Source: Polyangiales bacterium (GTDB taxonomy: Bacteria > Myxococcota_A > Polyangia > Polyangiales > Polyangiaceae). From it: DNA of 64,000 nt. The DNA lies in the NCBI GenBank assembly GCA_038231275.1, contig JBBRLQ010000019.1, positions 88,803-152,802 on the forward strand. The letters are read 5' to 3'. The position numbers were made by a program, and so were the translations under genes. Position 1 is the first letter of the stretch, and each line of letters opens with the position of its first letter. Below, in pieces: positions 49,279-58,891 of this stretch. The notes under the pieces were generated by a model. It was not told the DNA's origin. It did no database searches and was given only the letters and a program-made list of their open reading frames with translations.

Positions 49279-50818
49279 AGTCTCGTTTCTTTGGTGTCGG
49301 ACTTGGCGGCGTCGTCGGTTTCGACGGCGGCGGCGGTGCCGCTGCCGGTCGCGCGGGGGTCCTGCCTCGCGGGGTCGTCGTCGGCGGGGCCGAGGGAAGC
49401 GCGTCGAGCGGAATGACCATCGGCTCGGGCAGCGCGGCGGTCGTCGCGGCTGGCGCGGCTGGCGCGGCTGGAGTCGCAGGCGGGGCAGCGGCGATCGGCG
49501 TCGGATCGGCGGCCGCGGGAATCGCGATCTGCGCCGGCGGCGGAGGTGCGGCCATCGCAGGATGCCGCGCGTTGATCCTCATCGCGACGGCGCCGACCAG
49601 CACGAGCGCGAAGACCGAGCCGATCCCGGCCGCGAGCAACCCCGAACGAATCCGAGGCTGCGTGAGCGGCGAGCCGCTCGACGGAGGCCACTCCACGGCT
49701 GCCGACCCCAGCGTCGCCGTGCTCGTCTGCGAAGGCGGATCGACGGCGAGGCTCGTGGGCGCGTCGCTGAAGGAATCGCCGCGTAACGCGCGATCTGCGG
49801 TCCCTCCGGCGCGGTCTCGCTGCGCGGCTGCGGCGAGCGCGCTCTCGATCGACTTCTTCCGCGCGCGCGCGCGCTCTTGGAGGTGCGTCTCGAGAAACCC
49901 GGCGACCTGGGCCTGCGACGTCGTCGCGCCGATCGCCTGCATCGCCACCTCGAGCGCCCGCTGCATCTCCGCCGCGGTCGCGAACCGCTTCGTCCGATCA
50001 TGGGCGAGGGCCCGCGCAACGACCGCCGCGACCTCGAGCGGCACTTCGGGAGGCAGCGGCGGCGGCGGCTCTCCGCTCGTCAGCAGGTGCAGCGTCGCCA
50101 CCTCGTTGGGCCCATCGTACGGCGGCACCCGCGCGAGCATCTCGTAGAGCATCGCGCCGGCCGACCAGATGTCGGCGCGCCGATCGACCTCGCGGCCAAG
50201 CGCTTGCTCCGGCGACATGTACCGGATCTTCCCCTTGAGCTCGCCCGCGCTCGTCCGTTCCGACGCGCGATCACGCGCCTTCGCGACGCCGAAATCGATC
50301 AGCTTCGCGACGCCTGCGCCGCTCACGAGCACGTTCTGCGGCGACACGTCGCGGTGCACGACGTGGAGGAGCGCGCCCGCGGCGTCCCTCAGCTCGTGCG
50401 CGGCGTGAAGCCCCGCGCACGCGTCGGCCATGATGCGGAGGATGACGCCGGCGGGCAGCTTCGCCCCGTTCTTCTCGACCGCGCGCTGCAGCCGCGACAG
50501 CGACTCGCCGTCGATCCACTCCATCACGAGATAGAGCAGCTCTTCCTTCTCGCCTACGTCGAGCGTCCGCGCGACGTTCGGGTGATCGATCGCCGCGGCG
50601 ACGCGCGCCTCGTCGAGGAACATGGTCTGGAACTGCTCTTGCGACGCGAACTGCGGGAGGATCGTCTTCACGACGACGAGCCGGTCCATCAGCCGATGCG
50701 CGCGATGCCGCGCGAGCCACACCGCCGCCATCCCACCGTAGGCGAGGGGGCACAGGAGCTCATACCGATCCAGGCGGTCCCCTGCGCGGAGGGCCCCCGG
50801 TTCCGGAAACGCGGCCAC
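49268..50818 (-). CDS. Hanks-type Ser/Thr protein kinase with TM
   Basis: GGMA, VVK, HRDVSPQN, DFG, SPEQ. Confidence 0.95.
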   Translation of the reverse strand: MAAFPEPGALRAGDRLDRYELLCPLAYGGMAAVWLARHRAHRLMDRLVVVKTILPQFASQEQFQTMFLDEARVAAAIDHPNVARTLDVGEKEELLYLVMEWIDGESLSRLQRAVEKNGAKLPAGVILRIMADACAGLHAAHELRDAAGALLHVVHRDVSPQNVLVSGAGVAKLIDFGVAKARDRASERTSAGELKGKIRYMSPEQALGREVDRRADIWSAGAMLYEMLARVPPYDGPNEVATLHLLTSGEPPPPLPPEVPLEVAAVVARALAHDRTKRFATAAEMQRALEVAMQAIGATTSQAQVAGFLETHLQERARARKKSIESALAAAAQRDRAGGTADRALRGDSFSDAPTSLAVDPPSQTSTATLGSAAVEWPPSSGSPLTQPRIRSGLLAAGIGSVFALVLVGAVAMRINARHPAMAAPPPPAQIAIPAAADPTPIAAAPPATPAAPAAPAATTAALPEPMVIPLDALPSAPPTTTPRGRTPARPAAAPPPPSKPTTPPSPTPKKRDYGF

Positions 50819-51071
50819 GGGTGAAGTATCGCACCGCCGACCGCCGATGCTCCTCTAGTTAAAGACCGCTCCTGCGATTCCTCGTACAGTCCCACTGGAC
50901 TTTGATTTGGCGCAATGTCCGGCCGCTTCTGCTGGACGCCCCGTGGGGAGACGCGTACCCCCGCGGCACGCTGGACCGTGTCCGTTACGGAACTGACGCG
51001 TCGCTCGGGGACTGTCCGTCCGGCCTTTTGCTGGCTGTCTTTTTCCTTCAACGATTCCAAAAACTTCGATG

Positions 51072-51087
51072 AGGTTCGCAACTTGCA
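51072..51087 (+). promoter_or_regulatory. possible sigma54 promoter for the 51168-58823 operon
   Basis: AGGTTCGCAACTTGCA: GG-N10-GC with a good -12 TTGCA but weak -24. Confidence 0.3.
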
Positions 51088-51167
51088 GCGGGCCGTCCGT
51101 CTCTGCACGCGTGGCCTCGCCGCCACGCCCCGGTCATGCCGGCGCGGGGTCGACAAAGGAAGCTTCC

Positions 51168-54131
51168 ATGCAGAGGTCCATCGCTTCGCTCAGGCTGGTT
51201 CGGCTCGTTCGGCTGGCGCTCGCGCTCGTCGGCATCGCGGGCCTCGGTGGTCTCTCCGCCTGCGAGGACGGTCCGGGGCAGAACTTCAACCCGGCGCCGC
51301 CCGGCGCGGGCGATCTGCTGAACAACGGCAACTCGGCGGGCGTCGTCGATCCGACGAAGGCAGGCTACGCGCTGCCCGACGCGTCGGCAGGAACGAACAA
51401 GCAGATCCTCTGCGACGGACCGACCACGCAGAAGACGTGGGCCGCCGCGTTCCAGCAGCCGATCCTCCCGCCGCACAGCGCAGGCGGCCTCGACATCGCG
51501 GGCGGCGAAACGTGGCAAGGCCTCACGATCGAGGACGCCGAGGATCCGAAGAAGGGCGGCCTCTGCCAGAGCACCAACGCCGGCGACATCTTCGGCAACG
51601 GCACGCTCGCCAACTACTGGGGCGACAACGCCGAGATCGTCGCCAACTACCGCGTCTCGAACCACAAGATCATCGGCACGCTCCTCCGCCCCGGCTACTT
51701 GGGATCCATCGAGCTCACGAGCCGCGACAAGGCGCACCGCTACTCGATCCCGATCGCCACGCAGGTCCAGAAGGACGGCCAGCAGTGGAACCTCCACTGG
51801 GCGACGAACAAGAACTTCCTCGACGAGGCGAACGAGCTCTACGACGCGCTCATCGCCACGTTCGCGCCCGGCTTCCCGCAGGACACCGACTGCCAGGCGA
51901 GCCGCCGCTGCATCATCGGTAGCTTCGGTGACGTCGCGTACTTTTACATCCCGGCGCTCGGCGCGGCGATGTGGATCCCGAACCGCAACGCCGCGCAGCC
52001 GGCCCCGAGCATCCTGAACCGCATCGACCAGGATCTCGCGAAGGTCATGCCGTTCTCGTTCGCCGATCCGTACCTCAAGCTCGACGCGCTCGGACCGGTC
52101 GGAATCGCCGGCAAGCTCGGCATCGGGACGACCGCCTGCACTCTCCAGATGGGGCTCACGTACGGCGATTTTCTCCAGAACTGCGTGCAGAACTCCGGCG
52201 ATCCGGCGAAGGACAAGACCGAGCTGAACAAGCTCCTCGGCGGCCTCACGCACGGCACCGAGCGGTTCCACTTCGACGTGCAGGGCGTCGACGTCAACTT
52301 CACCGACCTCACGCTCGGCGCCGAGGCGATCATCTCCGACGCCGATCTCCCGACGATCGACGACACGTCCACCCAGTTCGCGATCGATCAGTCCACGCTC
52401 GGACGCTTCGCCAACGACCGCGTCGGCAACGATCCGACCGCTGCGCGGGACAATCATGGCGCGGGCCTCGTCTATCTCGAGTACGCGCGCCTCGTTCAGG
52501 ACGCGCTCGCGAAGTTCTTCCCGGGCAGCGAGAAGACCCTTGGCGACGCGCGCTGCCTCTCGCCCGCGGTCGATCCCAAGGCCCCGGTCTACCCGCTCGG
52601 CTGCACCGGCTTCGAGGGCTTCATTTCGCATTTTGCGAGCGCGGCGTTCCCGCGCAACGCGGTCGGCTACGACCTCTCGAAGAAGATCAGCACCGGCTAC
52701 GACGGTGGTCTCAAGCCGGGCCATTTGCAGGCGGCCTTCTGCCTCGACGCCACCGGCGTCGCCACCGACTACAAGTACTGCACGAGCCCGACCGGCTCGG
52801 GGCAGGGAGACATCGTCGGCTCGAACGGCGATATCTTCGCGACGTCGTACGGCCGAGTCCTCGCCGTCATGGGGAAGAACAAGTCGACGAATCTGCCCAG
52901 CGAAGCGCAGGATGTCCGCTTCTTTTTCCGCCAGTACGTCATCGCGCTCCTCAAGTACTTCACCGTGGCCGGCACCGCGAACGAGACGCCCGACGGCGTG
53001 CACGCGGTGGTCATCGATCCGGACAACCTCTTCTTCGACTCGATCGGCGCCGGTCAGTTCGAGATCGGCGAGTACGTCGACCGCCGCTTCGCGACCAAGA
53101 CCGTCGACCCGATCGATCTCGTCGTCACCGCCGACGTGAAGAACGGCATCTTCAACAGCTACAACTTCTCGCGCGACATCCTCCGCGGCGAGACGGCGCT
53201 CTACACCTCGATGCTCGAAGACCAATCGCACGGCGTCGGGCAGGAGAACACGGCGCTGCTCACGAACATGTTCGGCAGCCCCATCCTCCAGAAGGGCTGG
53301 AAGGACATCCCCGATCCGGCCAACCCCTCCGGCCCGCCGCTCGCCACCGCGTACTACTGCGCGACGACGCTCGACAAGGCCAAGTGCTCGATCACGAGCG
53401 CCGGCACGACGACCGCGTACACGCCGCCGCTCGATTCCACGGGCAACGTGATCCTCGACGAGACGGGCCGCCCGATCCTCGCCCCGTACAAGGGGGCGTT
53501 CGGCTTCTCGCGTACGACGTGGACGCTCGGCACCACGCCGGTCAGCATCGCCAAGACGCTCGACGCGACGCAGCAGGCTGTCCTCAAGATCCCGCTCCAC
53601 AAAGATCCCTACGATCTGACGAGCGATCCTCCGTCCGGCGGCAAGCCCGAGCTCCAGATCATGGTGCCGTGGGTGCCCAAGCAGCCCGGCATCGGGTTCC
53701 CCGTCGCGCTCACCGGCACGCGCGACAAGTTCATCGAGACCTACCAGCTCGATCTCTCGGGCAACACGATCAGCGCGAACATCGACTACGACGTCGTGCT
53801 CGACGCGAACGGCCAGCCCGTCAAGACCGGGGACATCACCCTGAAGGCCGTCGAGACCACGGACTTTCTCGGCAATGTCTTCTTGTGCAGCGACGACGTC
53901 TCCAAGGACATCCTCGCCGTCGAGATGTACACGCCGGTCGCGGTCATCCTCGACTGGTTCGCCGCGCACCCCGGCACCTACCAGGCGTGCGGGATCATCA
54001 TCCGCTACAGCCCCTATGGCAACTACGCCGACTTCATCACGTCGCTCACCAACGGAGTCCGCCTCGGCATCACGCAGGGCGGCGGCTTCGGCCGCGTCGT
54101 CGACGTCACCCTCTTCACCCCCGGCCAGTAA
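51168..54131 (+). CDS. large Cys-rich hypothetical lipoprotein (987 aa)
   Basis: ATG 51168 with AAGGA upstream, basic then hydrophobic signal, lipobox LSAC; no domain recognised. Confidence 0.85.
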   Translation: MQRSIASLRLVRLVRLALALVGIAGLGGLSACEDGPGQNFNPAPPGAGDLLNNGNSAGVVDPTKAGYALPDASAGTNKQILCDGPTTQKTWAAAFQQPILPPHSAGGLDIAGGETWQGLTIEDAEDPKKGGLCQSTNAGDIFGNGTLANYWGDNAEIVANYRVSNHKIIGTLLRPGYLGSIELTSRDKAHRYSIPIATQVQKDGQQWNLHWATNKNFLDEANELYDALIATFAPGFPQDTDCQASRRCIIGSFGDVAYFYIPALGAAMWIPNRNAAQPAPSILNRIDQDLAKVMPFSFADPYLKLDALGPVGIAGKLGIGTTACTLQMGLTYGDFLQNCVQNSGDPAKDKTELNKLLGGLTHGTERFHFDVQGVDVNFTDLTLGAEAIISDADLPTIDDTSTQFAIDQSTLGRFANDRVGNDPTAARDNHGAGLVYLEYARLVQDALAKFFPGSEKTLGDARCLSPAVDPKAPVYPLGCTGFEGFISHFASAAFPRNAVGYDLSKKISTGYDGGLKPGHLQAAFCLDATGVATDYKYCTSPTGSGQGDIVGSNGDIFATSYGRVLAVMGKNKSTNLPSEAQDVRFFFRQYVIALLKYFTVAGTANETPDGVHAVVIDPDNLFFDSIGAGQFEIGEYVDRRFATKTVDPIDLVVTADVKNGIFNSYNFSRDILRGETALYTSMLEDQSHGVGQENTALLTNMFGSPILQKGWKDIPDPANPSGPPLATAYYCATTLDKAKCSITSAGTTTAYTPPLDSTGNVILDETGRPILAPYKGAFGFSRTTWTLGTTPVSIAKTLDATQQAVLKIPLHKDPYDLTSDPPSGGKPELQIMVPWVPKQPGIGFPVALTGTRDKFIETYQLDLSGNTISANIDYDVVLDANGQPVKTGDITLKAVETTDFLGNVFLCSDDVSKDILAVEMYTPVAVILDWFAAHPGTYQACGIIIRYSPYGNYADFITSLTNGVRLGITQGGGFGRVVDVTLFTPGQ

Positions 54132-54151
54132 CGGAAACGGCGGAGAACATC

Positions 54152-57100
54152 ATGAGCTTCATTCCTAGCCTCCCCGTCTCCCGCTCCTTGGTCGCGGCGA
54201 TCGCGCTCGCGATCGGCTCGTCCGTTGCGATGGGCTGCGTGAGCGATCGCCCGTCGCGTAACGGCGTCTTCAACGAGAACCAGTATCTCCGGAAGGCCTT
54301 CCTCGTCCGCCCGGCCGATCCGGGCCCCGACGGCAAGCCGCTCGAGGACACCGGCTGGCTCCTCAAGGCCTCCATCATGCAGGTCTCGACGCCGAACCTC
54401 CTCGGCGGCGCGGTCTTCGGCGTCTTCCCCGGCACCGAGAACGGCGGGGCTCTCGTCCGCTTCAAGATTACGCAAGACAAGCTGGAGATGGTCAACCAGC
54501 GCGAGTTCTCCACCGCGGTCGCCGCCGAGAACACGCGCGTGCCCGAGGTCATGAACGCGTGGCCGCTCACCAACGTGGACCTCAAGTACCGCGTGAACCT
54601 CGACGGCGAGAAGACGAACTTCTACGAAGAGAACCAAGAGCTCTCCTGGGACGTCCGCCAGTGGGTGAAGCTCAACTTCGCCAAGAACGACATGAGCGAT
54701 CTGGCGCCCTTCCCGGGCATGCAAGACGTGCTCGCCCAGTGCGTCGACATGGCCAACTCCACGGTCACGCTCGTCCCCAACTCGTTCAAGGTCGACGAGC
54801 GGAACGACTACTTCGAGTGGACGACGGAGATGACCTTCCCCGTTCAGCTCACGAACCAAGCGTGCATCGACCAGTACGGCCTCCGCGGCCGCGACGCGTT
54901 CAACATCGGCAAGTACAACCAGACCGTCACGCTCAAGTACTCGATGGTCCGCCCCGAGCGCCTCACCGCCGCGCCGGGCTCCAACAACCTCGAGCAGTAC
55001 GTGCCGCTCGAGGTCGGCGAGAAGGATCCGATTCGCCACAAGTACGGCTTCTTCGACTGGATCGCGTGGAACCGCGACACCACGAGCGGCCTCGTCGCGG
55101 CGCGCCAGCTCGTCATCCGCTGGAACACGAAGAAGGAGTTCATCACCTGGTACTTCGATCCGGGCTTTCCCGAGGGGTACAAGAAGTTCTTCGTCTCCGC
55201 GGATCCCAACGACGTCGGCACCGTGATGGGCCACACCAACAAGCTCCTCGCCGACTCCGGCGTGCGCGCGCGACTCCGCTTCCTCAACGCGAACGACAAG
55301 GACACCTTCGGCGACAAGAAGCTCGCGGGTGATTCGCCGGACAACCAGCCCGTCCAGTACGGCGACGTTCGGTACTCGTTTTTGCGGTGGATCAGCGATC
55401 CGGACATCCAGGACTTCTTCGCCGGCGTCACGCAGTTCGTGATCGATCCGCGCACTGGCGAGAGCGTCTCGTCGTCGATCGCGTTCAACGACTTCGCGAT
55501 CAAGGACTACTACGTCCAGCGCATCGACGCGTACCTGCAGACGGTCGGCGCGAGCCTCGACGTCAACTCGCCCGATCCGTGGAAGGACCCGTCCGCCACG
55601 TGCAAGGACGGCGACACGATGCCGATCGTGCAAGCGAAGGTCGCGTCGAACCACAACGGCACCTCCACGCTCTACGCGAAGATGCAGCAGTACCTGCAGA
55701 AGCCGGTCGGCACCTTCGGCAACTTGGGCCCCGCCGACTTCACGGTGAAGCAAGACGCCGACTTCGACCGCGCCTACTACGCGCTCCTCCCGTACTACGT
55801 CTACGCCGACCCCGACTCGAACCCGTTCGTCCTCCGCGAGGGCGGCCAGGGCGTCTACGGGCCCGGCCAAGTCTGGAAGATGGTGCAGGACGAGAGCGAG
55901 TTCCACCAGACGATGGCGAAGATCGATCAGGGCCTCTCGCCCTACGAGGACGTCACCGGACCGCACGGCCTCGACAACGCGCTCGGCTTCTTGAATCGCT
56001 TCCGCGATCTCACGAACAACCACAAGAAGCTCGATCGCGCCATCGCGAGCATGATCCACCCGTACATGCACTTCGACGCTCCGAGCGCGTTCTCGTTCGA
56101 GCAGATCATGGCGCGTGACGCGAGGCACTGCGTTCCCGACGCGGACGGGAACCTCCACTGGGAGACCAAGGAGGAGTGGACGCAGAACCTGATCGACACC
56201 TACTGGTCACAGGTCGCGTGGCACGAGTTCGGTCACTCGATGGGGTTGGCGCACAACTTCATGGCGTCGATCGACAAGCCGAACTTCCCTCACTACAAAG
56301 ACAAGCAGGGGCGCGATCACACCGGCCTCTACGCGTCGAGCGTGATGGAATACAACGCCGCGCCGGACCGCATCTTCTGGCACGCGGGCTGGGCGCCCTA
56401 CGATCAGGGCGCGATCAGCTGGATCTATGCGAACGACGCGCGCGGTCCGGGGCAAGGCGACAGCATCTCGGGCCAGTCGGCGAGCAAGGACGCGAAGTTC
56501 GTCCCGCCGTGGAAGGACCCGAACGGCTTCAACGCCACGGGCGAGATCCAGTACCTCTTCTGCACGCACCAGCACATCCCGTACACGCCGCTTTGCCGCC
56601 AGGGCGACAGCGGCACGACGCCGAGCGAGATCATCGCCAACCAGATCGACGCCTACGAGTGGCAGTACACCTGGAGGAATTTCAGGAAGTACCGGAAGCT
56701 CTGGGACAACTCGCAGTACGCGGCGGCGCCCGCGAACACGATCATCGACATGCGGCGCTTCGTGTCGATGTGGATCTTCGACTGGAACTCCGGCGAGCTC
56801 ACCGACTCGCTGCGGCGCATCGGCATCAAGAACCCGAATCCGAAGGGCTCGGACCTGCAGTACTACACGCAGCTCTCGAACAAGTTCAACGCGGAGGCCT
56901 CCGCCGCGAACCAGATGGTCGGCGCCTTCCACAAGGCCGTCATCCAGCAGGCATCAGGCGAGCGCCCTTATCGCACAGTGTACGATAAATATTATGGGGA
57001 CGTGACCCAGCAGGGGATCATCCTCGACAAGCTCTTCGCGATGCAAGGATGGGTCGCGATGTGGCCGACCGACAACTACGATCCGAACCAGGCCGGCTCG

Positions 57101-57670
57101 TACATCGCCTCGTACAGCGGCATTGGGGACGACTCGTACACGACCGTCGCCGAGGACGCGGTCGACTCGATGATCGGCGGCCAGTACGACGTTTACCCGT
57201 ATTTCGTACCGCTCGCGGTCGCGCAGTTCGCCCAGGACACGCACAGCCCGAGCTTCTCCGGGCGCATCGACGTGCGCGACTGGATCGGCGGGCACACGTT
57301 CACGCGTTTGCCGGATTTCCTGGATTATTTCCGAGACCTCGCGGTCCAGACCAACGCGATGGCGCAGAACCCGACGCTCTACGCCGGCTGCACCGCGGTC
57401 GCGACGTGCACGTACGATCCGCGCGGCATCTCGGACAACCACAACGAGTTCCTCGGGCCGGACAAGCGCCTGTGGATCTGGTCGTACGTTCCGGACCGCA
57501 ACCAGTGGGTGGCGGTGCAGAAAGAGCGAAATACAGCCTCCTACGTGATCGTCCGCAATTACACCGACGACGTGATCGCGCAACTTGACGACGGTGCCCA
57601 CCCGGGCGGCGCGTACGGCGCTCTTCTGCCGATGAAGTACTTCTTGGATTCGTTCAACAACTTCAACTGA
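54152..57670 (+). CDS. zinc-dependent metalloprotease (metzincin) lipoprotein (1172 aa)
   Basis: ATG 54152 with GGAG RBS, lipobox AMGC, HEFGHSMGLAH zinc motif, SSVMEY Met-turn. Confidence 0.88.
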   Translation: MSFIPSLPVSRSLVAAIALAIGSSVAMGCVSDRPSRNGVFNENQYLRKAFLVRPADPGPDGKPLEDTGWLLKASIMQVSTPNLLGGAVFGVFPGTENGGALVRFKITQDKLEMVNQREFSTAVAAENTRVPEVMNAWPLTNVDLKYRVNLDGEKTNFYEENQELSWDVRQWVKLNFAKNDMSDLAPFPGMQDVLAQCVDMANSTVTLVPNSFKVDERNDYFEWTTEMTFPVQLTNQACIDQYGLRGRDAFNIGKYNQTVTLKYSMVRPERLTAAPGSNNLEQYVPLEVGEKDPIRHKYGFFDWIAWNRDTTSGLVAARQLVIRWNTKKEFITWYFDPGFPEGYKKFFVSADPNDVGTVMGHTNKLLADSGVRARLRFLNANDKDTFGDKKLAGDSPDNQPVQYGDVRYSFLRWISDPDIQDFFAGVTQFVIDPRTGESVSSSIAFNDFAIKDYYVQRIDAYLQTVGASLDVNSPDPWKDPSATCKDGDTMPIVQAKVASNHNGTSTLYAKMQQYLQKPVGTFGNLGPADFTVKQDADFDRAYYALLPYYVYADPDSNPFVLREGGQGVYGPGQVWKMVQDESEFHQTMAKIDQGLSPYEDVTGPHGLDNALGFLNRFRDLTNNHKKLDRAIASMIHPYMHFDAPSAFSFEQIMARDARHCVPDADGNLHWETKEEWTQNLIDTYWSQVAWHEFGHSMGLAHNFMASIDKPNFPHYKDKQGRDHTGLYASSVMEYNAAPDRIFWHAGWAPYDQGAISWIYANDARGPGQGDSISGQSASKDAKFVPPWKDPNGFNATGEIQYLFCTHQHIPYTPLCRQGDSGTTPSEIIANQIDAYEWQYTWRNFRKYRKLWDNSQYAAAPANTIIDMRRFVSMWIFDWNSGELTDSLRRIGIKNPNPKGSDLQYYTQLSNKFNAEASAANQMVGAFHKAVIQQASGERPYRTVYDKYYGDVTQQGIILDKLFAMQGWVAMWPTDNYDPNQAGSYIASYSGIGDDSYTTVAEDAVDSMIGGQYDVYPYFVPLAVAQFAQDTHSPSFSGRIDVRDWIGGHTFTRLPDFLDYFRDLAVQTNAMAQNPTLYAGCTAVATCTYDPRGISDNHNEFLGPDKRLWIWSYVPDRNQWVAVQKERNTASYVIVRNYTDDVIAQLDDGAHPGGAYGALLPMKYFLDSFNNFN

Positions 57671-57761
57671 GTCGCTTACTGAACAAAAAACCTGTTTTGG
57701 GACAACCTGGAGCGTCGTCGTGCTTGCGTCACGGTCCAGTACGTCGTAGGAGCATCGCCCG

Positions 57762-58823
57762 ATGCGCATTTCCACACGGCTTGGAGTTTTGGGGGTTTTC
57801 TTCGGCTGCTTGGCGCTCACCGGGACCGCTTCGGCGGCCGGGGGCGGCGGCGCAACACAGGCCGGTAAGGGCAGCGCGGAGGGACGCGGCGGCGCGGGTC
57901 CCGGCGGCGCTCCGGGCGGCGGCGGAGGCTCGACCTCCGGCGTCGGGCCGAGCGAGGGGCGCAACCCCGACGTCGTCCGGTCCGACGTCGTCGCGAAGAA
58001 GCCCTGGGAGGTCGGCGGCACGTGGGAGACCCACCGCCTGATCCGCCAGAACGACGTCAACAACTCCAGCAAGAACCTGAACGTGCTCGGCGCCTACGCC
58101 CAGTACGACATCACGCAGTACGACCGCGTGAAGGTGCGCGCGTTCCTCTACCAGCGCTTCATCGCGGACGACGGCGAGACCGGCTTCCGCTTTGACGACA
58201 TGATCTTCCAGTACACGAGGACGATCCCGCTTCCGCAGAAGTTCACGGCGCACGCGACGGGTTGGGTCACCGCGCCCACGTCGTTCGCGAGCCAGAAGCA
58301 GGGCCTGATCACTGCGCCGCGCCTCGCGCTGGATCTGTCGAAGCAGTTCGGCGAGTACGTGACGGCAGGTGTCCGCACCTCGGGCGACGCGCTCATCTAC
58401 AAATACCGCACCTCCGAGGGCGGCAACTACAACCCGAAGTACGCGCTCCGTTTCGGCGCGGACGTCGAGGTCGTGATGCCGTTCCACAAGGCGCTCTCGA
58501 TCGGCGCCGGCGCGGGCACCGGGTACACCTGGTACTACGAGCCGAACTCGACGAACGATCCGAACCCGCAGGTCCAGCGCCTCGGCGTCACCGGCGACCC
58601 GTACTACTCGACCCAGCCGATTGGCCAGACGTACTCGGGCGAAATTTTCGTCCGCTACATCCTGCCGAACATCATCGGCGTGAAGAGCGACATCGTCATC
58701 GCCGCGGCCGACGGCGACCCGTCGCTCGGCTCGGTCTCCGTCCTCCACGACGGCGTCGCACACTTCTACCCCGGCTACCGCCAGACGGCGGAGGTCTACG
58801 GGACGCTCGCGATCCGGTATTGA
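57762..58823 (+). CDS. putative outer-membrane beta-barrel protein
   Basis: Signal peptide, Gly-rich linker, alternating aromatic/aliphatic strands, C-terminal YGTLAIRY beta-signal-like end. Confidence 0.72.
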   Translation: MRISTRLGVLGVFFGCLALTGTASAAGGGGATQAGKGSAEGRGGAGPGGAPGGGGGSTSGVGPSEGRNPDVVRSDVVAKKPWEVGGTWETHRLIRQNDVNNSSKNLNVLGAYAQYDITQYDRVKVRAFLYQRFIADDGETGFRFDDMIFQYTRTIPLPQKFTAHATGWVTAPTSFASQKQGLITAPRLALDLSKQFGEYVTAGVRTSGDALIYKYRTSEGGNYNPKYALRFGADVEVVMPFHKALSIGAGAGTGYTWYYEPNSTNDPNPQVQRLGVTGDPYYSTQPIGQTYSGEIFVRYILPNIIGVKSDIVIAAADGDPSLGSVSVLHDGVAHFYPGYRQTAEVYGTLAIRY

Positions 58824-58856
58824 TTTAGGAGCATCGCTCCAGAATCGACTTCGACG

Positions 58857-58891
58857 AACGGCGTGCTCTACGGGGCACGCCGTTTTCGTTT
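58857..58891 (+). terminator. intrinsic terminator between convergent genes
   Basis: aacggcgtgctc-TACG-gggcacgccgtt stem with UNCG loop, followed by a T-rich tail. Confidence 0.75.

Noticed and set aside
51971..57670. 1899-aa ORF as one giant protein
   Set aside because: The first 727 codons are an Arg-rich off-frame overlap of the preceding gene; the real start is 54152, with RBS and lipoprotein signal
57671..57761. Internal sigma54 promoter before the beta-barrel gene
   Set aside because: GG-to-GC spacing is 11 rather than 10 nt
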